From contig NZ_NVQC01000011.1 in the NCBI RefSeq assembly GCF_003044035.1, positions 1 through 32,000 of the forward strand: 32,000 bases of DNA, given 5' to 3'. A program made the position numbers and the translations under genes. Positions within the stretch are counted from its first letter, which is position 1. The number at the start of each line of letters is the position of its first letter. A model generated the notes under the pieces. That model did not search any database, was not told the DNA's origin, and worked only from the letters and a program-made list of their open reading frames with translations. Positions 24,241 to 32,000 of the stretch are shown piece after piece. The DNA comes from Candidatus Methylomirabilis limnetica. GTDB taxonomy: Bacteria; Methylomirabilota; Methylomirabilia; Methylomirabilales; Methylomirabilaceae.

Positions 24241-25041
24241 ATGGGGATGCCCGCAGCAGGCCGACTTCTGAGGATGGGTGGCTCTGGTGGTCCCACCAAC
24301 ATGGGGATTGACGAAGCGCTCGCCACCTTGTGTAGAGATGTTGCGACCCTACGCTTTTACGCATGGGAGGCTCCGACACTTTCCATCGGTTACTCTCAGC
24401 GGAGTAGCGACATCGACCCTGCGGCCTGTCGCAAATCCACGGTGCATCTGGTGCGCCGTCCTACAGGCGGTAGAGCCGTACTGCACCAGCAAGATCTGAC
24501 CTACAGCCTGATCCTTCCCCTGCGCCCACCCTGGACGAAGATCTCGATCGCAGAGAGTTACCACCAGATAAACGTGTGCCTGCTGCGGGGTCTTGAAACG
24601 CTGGGCCTGAAGGTGCGGGTTGGGAGCCGCCCGAGACAGGTTAACGGAGCGCTGTCCCCATTCTGCTTCCCAGCCATCTCGCAAGATGAGGTCTTGGTGG
24701 GCAGGAAAAAGGTGATCGGCTCAGCGCAGCGGCGATTTCCCACGGCACTTCTTCAACAGGGAAGCATTCTGTTGGATTTCGACCCTGCCGGTATTCTTGA
24801 TCTCCTACGCCCATCCGATCGGGCCGCCGCCGCAGGTGCTTTCGAGACAGTGGGTTCACTGCGGGAGGCGCTGGGGTGGCTTCCTGATCGTCTGGAGGTA
24901 GAGACGGCGATTAGAAACGGATTTTCCGAGGAGATGGGGATCGAATTCGTGGAAGGTGAGCTTCGGCCAGAGGAGTTCCGGCTATCCGTAGAGTTAGCCG
25001 CCACACGCTATGGCTCAGAGGACTGGACCTTTCGTCGCTGA
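24241..25041 (+). CDS. Lipoate-protein ligase / octanoyltransferase family protein (BPL_LplA_LipB domain)
   Basis: Motifs seen: NMGIDEAL, LRFYAWEAPTLSIGYSQ, VRRPTGGRAVLH and GRKKVIGSAQRR. ATG 24241 was chosen because the track's upstream extension overlaps rapZ. Confidence 0.7.
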   Translation: MGMPAAGRLLRMGGSGGPTNMGIDEALATLCRDVATLRFYAWEAPTLSIGYSQRSSDIDPAACRKSTVHLVRRPTGGRAVLHQQDLTYSLILPLRPPWTKISIAESYHQINVCLLRGLETLGLKVRVGSRPRQVNGALSPFCFPAISQDEVLVGRKKVIGSAQRRFPTALLQQGSILLDFDPAGILDLLRPSDRAAAAGAFETVGSLREALGWLPDRLEVETAIRNGFSEEMGIEFVEGELRPEEFRLSVELAATRYGSEDWTFRR

Positions 25042-25295
25042 TATTATATTGGATCGACCTTGACAGCCTCCTTAAGCCTTTGCTACGGTATCGCTATAAG
25101 GTCGTATCCGTATCTGTAGGCGCGTATGCTCTACATGGGAGCGGGTAGTGAGCAGTGAAAAGGCGAAGGCCATCCAGGGGGCGATGGCGCTGACCCTGTC
25201 GGCTCCGCAGGAAGAGAAGAGTGATTGAGCACGGGAGACGCGATCAAGAAGGGTCGATGGAATTCGCGCGAGATTTTAAAGGGCGAAGAGCTCTC

Positions 25296-25841
25296 ATGAA
25301 CCTGCCCAACAAGATCACGCTGGGCAGGATCTTCTTAGTTCCCTTCATCATCGTCTTCCTGGTTGTGGGGGAGAAGGTCCCCAATTATACTGCTGGCGCT
25401 ATCTTTCTAGCTGCGGTCCTGACCGACTGGCTGGATGGCCAGATTGCTCGCAACACCCGGCAGGTGACCACGCTGGGCAAGTTGCTTGATCCGATCGCCG
25501 ACAAGCTGCTCATCTCCACTGCTCTCATCGCGCTGGTGCAGGTGGGGCGCGCGCCGGCATGGATGGTCGTTCTGATCGTGGGCCGTGAGCTGGCTATCAC
25601 CGGGCTCAGAACGATCGCTGCCTCACAGAGCGTCATCATCCATGCAAGCGACTTTGGAAAGTACAAGATGCTCACAGAGGTGGCGGCGGTGAGCTTCCTG
25701 ATCCTCGACTGGCCACCGGAGTGGGGTTTCATTGCCATTCCCTCCCTGGGGGTTCTTTGTCTGTGGGGAGCGATTGCGTTGAGCATCGTCTCGGGCATCG
25801 ACTATTTCTTGAAGTTCTGGAAAGTTATCGACCTGAGCTGA
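25296..25841 (+). CDS. pgsA: CDP-diacylglycerol--glycerol-3-phosphate 3-phosphatidyltransferase
   Basis: It starts MNLPNKITLGRI and carries the CDP-alcohol phosphatidyltransferase motif DWLDGQIAR..........GKLLDPIADKL. An upstream in-frame ATG at 25257 is an alternative start. Confidence 0.85.
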   Translation: MNLPNKITLGRIFLVPFIIVFLVVGEKVPNYTAGAIFLAAVLTDWLDGQIARNTRQVTTLGKLLDPIADKLLISTALIALVQVGRAPAWMVVLIVGRELAITGLRTIAASQSVIIHASDFGKYKMLTEVAAVSFLILDWPPEWGFIAIPSLGVLCLWGAIALSIVSGIDYFLKFWKVIDLS

Positions 25842-25866
25842 TAAACCTTCTCATCTCTGGAGGGCA

Positions 25867-26499
25867 ATGAGCGTAGGATTATGGCTCGTTCCACTGGGGT
25901 ATCTCGCCGGCTCCATCCCGTTCGGCCTCCTGATTGCCAGGGCGTCGAAAGGAGTGGATGTGCGTAAAGTCGGGAGCGGCAACATCGGTGCCACCAATGT
26001 CTTGCGGGTCGTGGGCACAGGGGCCGGCGCTCTCACTCTTGCCCTGGACGCGCTGAAAGGGTGGGCGCCTGTCGCATTGAGTAAGCTCCTTGGTGCGCCG
26101 GAGGTGCTCGTTGCTACGGTAGGACTGGCAGCATTTCTGGGTCATCTGTATCCGCTCTTTCTCGGCTTTCGCGGGGGGAAGGGAGTAGCCACCGCCTTGG
26201 GGGTGTTGCTCGCGCTGTTTGCGAAGATCGCGTTGCTGATTGTGGGTGTCTGGGTGTTGATAGCTGCCCTCTTTCGCTATTCGTCGCTTGCTGCCGTCGG
26301 CACATGCATCGCATGCCCGCTGCTCGTATGGGTTCTTGATGGCCGACCGCCCTATGTGGGCTTGACGATTATTATCTGCGGTTTCATCCTCATCCGGCAC
26401 CGGGAAAACCTGGGACGCCTTATGGCGGGGGAAGAGGGGAAGATCGGACAAAAGCTACAGGGAGCGGATCTGCCTCGGCACGATCGGCTCGCCTCGTAA
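25867..26499 (+). CDS. plsY: Glycerol-3-phosphate acyltransferase PlsY
   Basis: Motifs seen: GYLAGSIPFGLLIA, GSGNIGATNVLR and HLYPLFLGFRGGKGVAT. Confidence 0.9.
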   Translation: MSVGLWLVPLGYLAGSIPFGLLIARASKGVDVRKVGSGNIGATNVLRVVGTGAGALTLALDALKGWAPVALSKLLGAPEVLVATVGLAAFLGHLYPLFLGFRGGKGVATALGVLLALFAKIALLIVGVWVLIAALFRYSSLAAVGTCIACPLLVWVLDGRPPYVGLTIIICGFILIRHRENLGRLMAGEEGKIGQKLQGADLPRHDRLAS

Positions 26500-26508
26500 G
26501 GACAAGAC

Positions 26509-27747
26509 ATGTCTCTCATCGTTCAGAAATACGGCGGAAGCTCCGTAGCAGACGTCGAACGAATCAAAAACGTGGCGCGTCGCGTGGTGGAGACGAAGCT
26601 CCAAGGGCACGACTTGGTCGTGGTGGTATCAGCCATGGCTGGAGAGACGGACCGCCTGTTAGGCCTTGCCGCTAAGATCTCCGATGCTCCGGATGAACGC
26701 GAGCTTGACGTCATCGTGACCACCGGAGAACAGATCTCGATCGGTCTCCTGTCGCTGGCCATTCAACAACTCGGGCACAAGGCCCGCTCCTTTACGGGAG
26801 CCCAGGTCAGGATCCAGACCGATACCGCCCACACCAAGGCAAAGATCGTAAGTGTCGAGGTTGACCGGGCACAACAGGCGCTTCGGGAAGGAGCTATCGT
26901 CATCGTCGCCGGGTTCCAGGGGGTGACGGCGGAAGAGGACGTGACGACGCTGGGGCGTGGCGGATCAGATCTGACGGCGGTGGCCATGGCGGCGGCCCTG
27001 AATGCCGACCTTTGCGAGATCTATACCGATGTGGATGGGGTCTACACCGCTGACCCGAATGTTGTTCCAGAGGCGAGGAAGCTCGGGAAGATCTCCTATG
27101 ATGAGATGCTCGAGATGGCTAGCTTGGGGGCGAAGGTACTTCAAGCCCGGGCGGTAGAGTATGCCAAGAATTACGGCGTGCCGGTTCACGTCCGTTCCAG
27201 TTTCAATTCAACCCAGGGGACACTGGTGGTCCAGGAGGATGCGGAGATGGAGAGGGTAGTGGTCTCTGGGATCGCTTGCGATAGAAACGAGGCGAAGATT
27301 ACTGTGCTGCGCGTGGCGGATCGTCCGGGGATCGCAGCCAAGCTGTTCGGCCGGGTTGCGGAGGCCAACATTGTGGTGGATATGATCGTCCAAAACATCA
27401 GCCAGGATGGGACGACCGATATCTCGTTCACGGTCCCGAAGTCGGACTTCCCTAAGGCGATGCAGCTCCTCAACGGTGTGGCTCAGGAGATAGGCGCTCA
27501 GCAGGTTGAGGGTGACGACAGGATCGCCAAGGTCTCCATCGTGGGGGTGGGGATGCGGACTCACTCCGGGGTGGCTGCGAGGATGTTTGAGGCCTTGGCA
27601 CGCGAGAACATTAACATCACAATGATTAGTACCTCCGAGATCAAGATCTCCTGTCTGATCGATGCCAAGTACGGAGAGTTGGCCGTCCGTGTTCTGCACG
27701 AGACCTTCGGCCTGGCCGAGCGCAACGTGGTCGAGGATCGCGCGTGA
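26509..27747 (+). CDS. lysC: Aspartate kinase (with tandem ACT domains)
   Basis: The N-terminus is [13 protein letters not shown], with [15 protein letters not shown] and [13 protein letters not shown]. The two ACT repeats are in the C-terminal third. Confidence 0.9.
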   Translation: MSLIVQKYGGSSVADVERIKNVARRVVETKLQGHDLVVVVSAMAGETDRLLGLAAKISDAPDERELDVIVTTGEQISIGLLSLAIQQLGHKARSFTGAQVRIQTDTAHTKAKIVSVEVDRAQQALREGAIVIVAGFQGVTAEEDVTTLGRGGSDLTAVAMAAALNADLCEIYTDVDGVYTADPNVVPEARKLGKISYDEMLEMASLGAKVLQARAVEYAKNYGVPVHVRSSFNSTQGTLVVQEDAEMERVVVSGIACDRNEAKITVLRVADRPGIAAKLFGRVAEANIVVDMIVQNISQDGTTDISFTVPKSDFPKAMQLLNGVAQEIGAQQVEGDDRIAKVSIVGVGMRTHSGVAARMFEALARENINITMISTSEIKISCLIDAKYGELAVRVLHETFGLAERNVVEDRA

Positions 27748-28145
27748 AGGGAACGTACACCAGGCGCGAGGCGATCGTCGCCGGCCTCTTTGGCGTGGCT
27801 GTCGCCGGCATTGTGTGGGGTCCTGTCATTCTTCGTCCGTTTGGCTCTGCCCCTGCCATTGATCTTCGAACGCTCCAGTTTCAGCAAGACCGGCCCGCGG
27901 TACAGGCCCGTCTGTCGCCACCGGCCAGGGTCACAAAGACAAAACCGACCAGCCGCGTGGACATTAATCATGCTGATGCCGTAACGCTTCAGACGCTGCC
28001 GGGGATCGGTCCGACACTGGCCCAGCGTATCATCACCCACCGGAAGGGCTATGGCCGGTTTACAGGCGCTGACGGGCTTAGAGAAGTTGAAGGGATCGGT
28101 CTGAGGCGATTTGAGAAGCTTGAGCCCTGGATCGAGGCGCGCTGA
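27744..28145 (+). CDS. comEA: ComEA-family helix-hairpin-helix DNA-binding protein
   Basis: N-terminal TM helix, then [29 protein letters not shown]...F....L.EVEGIG. The GTG start overlaps the lysC stop (GTGA). Confidence 0.75.
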   Translation: MKGTYTRREAIVAGLFGVAVAGIVWGPVILRPFGSAPAIDLRTLQFQQDRPAVQARLSPPARVTKTKPTSRVDINHADAVTLQTLPGIGPTLAQRIITHRKGYGRFTGADGLREVEGIGLRRFEKLEPWIEAR

Positions 28146-28148
28146 GCG

Positions 28149-28886
28149 ATGAGCTATCGTGTTCGCCTTGATATGTTTGAGGGCCCACTGGATCTCTTAC
28201 TCTATCTGATTCAGGTCAACGAGGTCGACATCTACGATATCCCCATTGCCAAGATTACCCAGGAATACCTGGGATGCCTGGGCGGAATGGAGGCCCTTGA
28301 TCTGGAGATCGCAGGAGAGTTTCTGGTACTGGCTGCCACGCTGATACATATTAAGTCGAAGATGCTTCTCCCGGTGCAGGAGTCGGTAGCGGAGGGGACC
28401 TCTGAGGACGACCCGCGGCAGGAGCTGGTGGAACGTCTCCTGGAGTACAAGCGGTTCAAAGATGCGGCCATGAAGTTCGAGGAGTTGGAGGCGGGACAGG
28501 CGCTCCTATATGTCAGGCCTGACGATCCATCGATTCCGATCGCCGAGGGCCCCCTGGAGGTCAGCCTCCCCGCGTTGCTTCGCGCATTTATGGCGATCAT
28601 GCAGCGCGCACCAGAGGCGATGGCAGGCGAAATCACCCCAGACACGATCAATGTGGGAGGACGAATGGTGGCGGTGCTGGATCGGCTGACGCTTCAGAGT
28701 CCGGTACCATTCCTGGCCCTGTTCGAGGGGGTGACGACGCGCGCCTTATTGATCGCTACCTTTCTCGGGCTACTCGAGCTGTTACGTCGGGGCTTGGTCC
28801 GAGCCCGGCAATCGGATCCGGGAAGCGAGATCACGATCTATCGAATCGTAGAAACTGCGGTGGAGGCCAATGGACACCTCGGCTGA
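28149..28886 (+). CDS. scpA: Segregation and condensation protein A
   Basis: Motifs seen: FEGPLDLLLYLIQ..EVDIYDIPIAKIT.QYL and EFLVLAATLIHIKSKMLLP. Confidence 0.85.
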   Translation: MSYRVRLDMFEGPLDLLLYLIQVNEVDIYDIPIAKITQEYLGCLGGMEALDLEIAGEFLVLAATLIHIKSKMLLPVQESVAEGTSEDDPRQELVERLLEYKRFKDAAMKFEELEAGQALLYVRPDDPSIPIAEGPLEVSLPALLRAFMAIMQRAPEAMAGEITPDTINVGGRMVAVLDRLTLQSPVPFLALFEGVTTRALLIATFLGLLELLRRGLVRARQSDPGSEITIYRIVETAVEANGHLG

Positions 28887-29490
28887 CCTCGGCCCGCTTG
28901 GGGTCCTTGAGGCGTTATTATTTGTCGCCGAGGCGCCACTGCCGCTGGAACGAATCGAGGAGATCATCGACGGTTGCTCAAAGGAAGAGGTGAGTCAGTT
29001 ACTCGCCGACTTACAGGAAAAATATCGGCAACCGGACCGGGGACTTGTCGTGACCGAGGTTGCCGGGGGCTATCGTCTGACGACAAAACCAGAGGTGGCC
29101 TTATGGGTTCAGCGGCTTCGCGGGTCCAAGCCGGCCAGGCTGTCCAGACCTGCACTCGAAACGCTGGCGCTCATTGCCTATAAGCAGCCGATCACCAAGG
29201 TAGAAATCGAGGCGATTCGAGGGGTTATGGTGGACGGGGTCGTAAAGACGCTCGTGGAGCGGGACCTCATCCGAATTCTTGGACGAAAGCCCGAGGTGGG
29301 TAGGCCGATCCTCTACGGGACCAGCAGGTCCTTCCTGGAATACTTTGGATTTAAGGACCTCTCGGAGCTACCGACTATGAAGGAGATCGAGACGCTGACC
29401 CCGAGCCCTGTCCCCGAGCGTACTGATCTGGGAGCGACCGTAAAGGAGGCGTCAGGCGAGGCAGTTGATGAAATCGAAAAGGCGGATTGA
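28870..29490 (+). CDS. scpB: Segregation and condensation protein B
   Basis: Motifs seen: LEALLFVAEAPL, GGYRL.TKPE, LSRPALETLALIAYKQPITK.EIE.IRGV and GRP.LYGT...FL..FG. Confidence 0.85.
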   Translation: MDTSADLGPLGVLEALLFVAEAPLPLERIEEIIDGCSKEEVSQLLADLQEKYRQPDRGLVVTEVAGGYRLTTKPEVALWVQRLRGSKPARLSRPALETLALIAYKQPITKVEIEAIRGVMVDGVVKTLVERDLIRILGRKPEVGRPILYGTSRSFLEYFGFKDLSELPTMKEIETLTPSPVPERTDLGATVKEASGEAVDEIEKAD

Positions 29491-30238
29491 GGCGACCGAT
29501 GGTGGCCAGGAACGACTGCAGCGATATCTCGCCAGAGCCGAGCTGGGCTCGCGCAGGAGTTCCGAGAAGCTGATCCTCGCGGGGAGGGTCTGCGTCAATA
29601 ATCGGATCGTCACGCAGCTTGGGACAAAGGTATCGCCGGGCCTCGATAAGGTGACGTGCGATGGTAAGCCGGTCACACCAGCGGCCAGTCTGGTCTACGT
29701 CATGCTGCATAAACCGGCAGGCGTCCTGACGACCTTATCCGATCCTCGTGGACGGCCGATCATCAGCGACCTCCTGCCGTCTGAAGGGCTGCCAAGGCTC
29801 TTTCCTGTTGGGCGTCTTGACTATCACACAGAAGGACTCATACTTCTCACGAATGATGGAGAGTTAGCCTACGGGCTCATGCATCCCAGCTTCGAGATCG
29901 AGAAGGAATATCTCGCCCAGGTGCGTGGTTGCCCCAAGCCTGCCGATCTGGCTAAGTTGGAGGCGGGGGTAATATCGGATGGGGAGAGGTTGTGGGCCAC
30001 CCAAGCCAAGCTCGTTACCCGTGGGGTAAGCTCTGCATGGATCGCACTTATCGTACAACAAGGACGGTATCACGAGATCAGACGGCTCTGCGATGCTATT
30101 GGGTACCCGGTAATTCGACTCCAGAGGGTTCGTATTGGGCCCCTCGTCTTGGGGAAACTGGCCAAAGGGTGCTGGCGACGACTCAACCTCGGGGAACTGG
30201 CCAGCATCCGTCGCGTGGTGGGACTGGGAACTGCCTGA
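29468..30238 (+). CDS. rluB: Pseudouridine synthase, RsuA/RluB family (S4 domain plus catalytic domain)
   Basis: The S4 domain reads RLQRYLARAELGSRRSSEKLILAGRV.VN, and the catalytic motif is GRLDYHTEGLILLTNDGEL. The ATG at 29468 immediately follows the TTG at 29465. Confidence 0.75.
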   Translation: MKSKRRIEATDGGQERLQRYLARAELGSRRSSEKLILAGRVCVNNRIVTQLGTKVSPGLDKVTCDGKPVTPAASLVYVMLHKPAGVLTTLSDPRGRPIISDLLPSEGLPRLFPVGRLDYHTEGLILLTNDGELAYGLMHPSFEIEKEYLAQVRGCPKPADLAKLEAGVISDGERLWATQAKLVTRGVSSAWIALIVQQGRYHEIRRLCDAIGYPVIRLQRVRIGPLVLGKLAKGCWRRLNLGELASIRRVVGLGTA

Positions 30239-30293
30239 TGGGGCATGGTGGCGGCGTGGGTAGCGTGCGCCCCTGCCTGGGCTGGGGAGCCTG

Positions 30294-31370
30294 ATGAAGA
30301 TTGCGAGGTTACGGCATAAGATCGATCAGATCGATTCGAAGATCGTATCGCTGCTCGGTGAGCGAGCCGAGGTTGTGTTCAGAGTCGGGCAGGAAAAGGC
30401 TAAGGCGAATATGGACCTCCACGTGCCGCAACGCGAGGAGGAGATCTTTACCCGTCTGATGCTGGAGAATACGGGGCGCTTTCCCATTCACGCGATTCGG
30501 CCTGTTTTTCGCGAGATCATCTCAGCCTGTCGATCCCTGGAGGGTCCGTTAAAGCTGGCCTACCTTGGCCCGGAAGGGACGTTTACCCACTTGGCCTGTA
30601 CGCGGCGGTTTGGGGTATCGGCCCAATTCGTGCCGGTTCGCTCAATCAGTGATGTCTTCGCCGAGGTAGAAAAGGGAAACGTCGAGTACGGGGTGGTGCC
30701 CATTGAGAACTCCAGTGAAGGTGTGGTCAGCCATACCCTGGATACATTTATGGAATCGGACCTGAAGATCAGTGGAGAAATTCTCCTGGAAGTGTCCCAC
30801 AGTCTCCTGTCCAAATCAGGCGATCTGAGGAAGGTGAAAAAGATCTACTCGCACCCGCATGCCTTCGCTCAGTCCCGAAAATGGCTGGAGGCAAATCTGC
30901 TGCGAGTGCCGCTCTTCGAGGCGTCGAGTACTGCGGCGGCGGCAAAGCTCGCAGCAAAAGAGCCGACAGCGGCTGCGATTGCGAGTGAATTGGCTGCTAG
31001 CCTGTACAAACTTAAAGTCATTTCTCGAAAGATAGAGGATACCCCGCGTAATTTCACACGGTTCTTGATAATTGGTAAGACCCCGGCTACACCAACTCAT
31101 CGCGATAAAACCTCCGTGATGTTCTCGATCAAAGACCGGGTAGGGGCGCTGTATCGTATCCTGGAACCTTTCGCGAAGCATCAGATCAACCTGACCAAGG
31201 TCGAGTCCAGACCATCCAAGACCAAAGCCTGGGAGTACGTTTTCTATTTGGACGTTGAGGGACACGTTGCCGACGAGCCTGTGAAGGCGGCGCTCGCGCT
31301 ACTGAAAGAGGAGTGTCTGTTCCTGAAGGTCCTCGGCTCGTACCCCAGGGGAAGCTCCATCGAGACCTAG
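30294..31370 (+). CDS. pheA: Bifunctional chorismate mutase / prephenate dehydratase (P-protein)
   Basis: The N-terminal CM helix pattern is LR.KID.ID..IV.LL..R. The PDT domain has AYLGPEGTFTH...VPIENSSEGVV, TRF and ESRP. A C-terminal ACT domain is present. Confidence 0.85.
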   Translation: MKIARLRHKIDQIDSKIVSLLGERAEVVFRVGQEKAKANMDLHVPQREEEIFTRLMLENTGRFPIHAIRPVFREIISACRSLEGPLKLAYLGPEGTFTHLACTRRFGVSAQFVPVRSISDVFAEVEKGNVEYGVVPIENSSEGVVSHTLDTFMESDLKISGEILLEVSHSLLSKSGDLRKVKKIYSHPHAFAQSRKWLEANLLRVPLFEASSTAAAAKLAAKEPTAAAIASELAASLYKLKVISRKIEDTPRNFTRFLIIGKTPATPTHRDKTSVMFSIKDRVGALYRILEPFAKHQINLTKVESRPSKTKAWEYVFYLDVEGHVADEPVKAALALLKEECLFLKVLGSYPRGSSIET

Positions 31371-31386
31371 GAGAACCGTAAGAATC

Positions 31387-32000
31387 ATGGCCAAGTCGTT
31401 GGCAGAGCTCGCCTCGCCATACCTTCATGGGCTCGCACCTTACACCCCCGGGAAGCCAATTGAGGAGGTGGAGCGTGAGTTTGGGATCACAGGGGCCATC
31501 AAATTGGCGTCAAATGAGAACCCCCTGGGCCCTTCGCCGCTGGCACTTCGCGCCTTACGAGAAGCGCTACCGGAGGCCCACAGGTATCCCGATGGCGGCG
31601 GCTACTTCCTGAAGGCGCGGCTGGCCGCTCGCCTTGGACTGACACCAGACCATCTGGTCCTAGGGAACGGGTGTAACGAGGTCTTAGAGCTGATGGCCCG
31701 CGCCTTCCTGCTCGCGGGAGACGAAGTAGTCATCGCTGATCCGGCATTTGTCATCTACGGGATGCTGGCCCATCTGCAGGGGTGTACCACGATCCGCGTG
31801 CCGCTGAAGGCGTGGACCCACGACCTTGAGGCTATGGCGAAGGCCGTAACCCCCAGGACCAAGATGGTGTTTGTCGGCAATCCCAACAACCCCACAGGCA
31901 CGGCTGTAGGGCCAACGGAGCTGACTGCCTTTATGGACGCCCTCCCGGCAGAGGTCATAGTGGTCATCGATGAGGCATACATCGAGTACGTCCCGCAGGA
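31387..32000 (+). CDS. hisC: Histidinol-phosphate / aromatic aminotransferase (class II PLP), 5' partial, runs off the right edge
   Basis: The frame stays open from ATG 31387 to the window end: MAKSLAELASPYLHGLAPYTPGKPIEEV...IKLASNENPLGPSP...YPDGGGY.L...LA...LVLGNGCNEVLEL. It is absent from the ORF track because there is no stop in the window. Confidence 0.75.
   Translation, partial: MAKSLAELASPYLHGLAPYTPGKPIEEVEREFGITGAIKLASNENPLGPSPLALRALREALPEAHRYPDGGGYFLKARLAARLGLTPDHLVLGNGCNEVLELMARAFLLAGDEVVIADPAFVIYGMLAHLQGCTTIRVPLKAWTHDLEAMAKAVTPRTKMVFVGNPNNPTGTAVGPTELTAFMDALPAEVIVVIDEAYIEYVPQ

Noticed and set aside
1-32000. Sigma-54 (-24 TGGCAC / -12 TTGC) promoters, tRNA or rRNA genes, and programmed frameshift sites.
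   Set aside because: A scan by eye of the intergenic regions found no TGGCAC-N5-TTGC match. The TGGCAC occurrences at about 15566 and about 27596 are intragenic and lack the -12 element. I saw no cloverleaf-compatible T-loop (GTTCGAATC-like) sequence and no interrupted core gene.

Overview
The window is a GC-rich chromosomal segment from a diderm bacterium, as shown by the Lpt genes; I did not compute GC or codon statistics. The genes are mostly housekeeping, tightly packed, and arranged in two blocks.

Minus-strand block (1-11.8 kb):
- A ThiO-like FAD oxidase.
- An aa3-type cytochrome c oxidase set, with subunits II, I and III, then a gap, then IV.
- A 1000-aa DUF748/AsmA-like envelope protein translationally coupled to an MscS channel.
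- A DUF4197 protein and MscL.
- A membrane-anchored Mrr-like protein and an unannotated 55-aa membrane peptide.

Plus-strand block (12.5-32 kb):
- An intein-containing class II ribonucleotide reductase and dcd.
- A small accessory-looking islet.
- lptC-lptA-lptB-rpoN-hpf-rapZ, a lipoate ligase, pgsA, plsY, lysC, comEA, scpA, scpB, rluB, pheA and the 5' part of hisC.

I saw no rRNA, tRNA or CRISPR array.

The most notable non-core content:
1. Four copies of one MITE-like element. It has terminal inverted repeats (TIRs) of about 40 bp starting GTAAC and carrying CTGAAGG heptamer repeats, and perfect 8-bp target site duplications (TSDs) on two copies. All copies are intergenic. One splits the cox gene set, and one fills the nrdJ leader and carries a second nested insertion.
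2. A 379-aa LAGLIDADG intein inserted exactly at the catalytic NPCGEQ cysteine of NrdJ.
3. A compact cassette between dcd and lptC. It encodes a wHTH protein fused to a nucleotidyltransferase-like domain that lacks the catalytic GS/DxD residues, an overlapping HEPN-like protein with no histidine, and two tandem polycationic Ala/Lys/Pro micropeptide ORFs (32 and 23 aa) absent from the ORF track, followed by two hairpins. This is my best candidate for an undescribed system.
4. A duplicated 49-bp unit with AGGCGTGAG repeats in the hpf-rapZ spacer, where ptsN normally sits.

All family assignments come from reading motifs by eye. No database search was possible.
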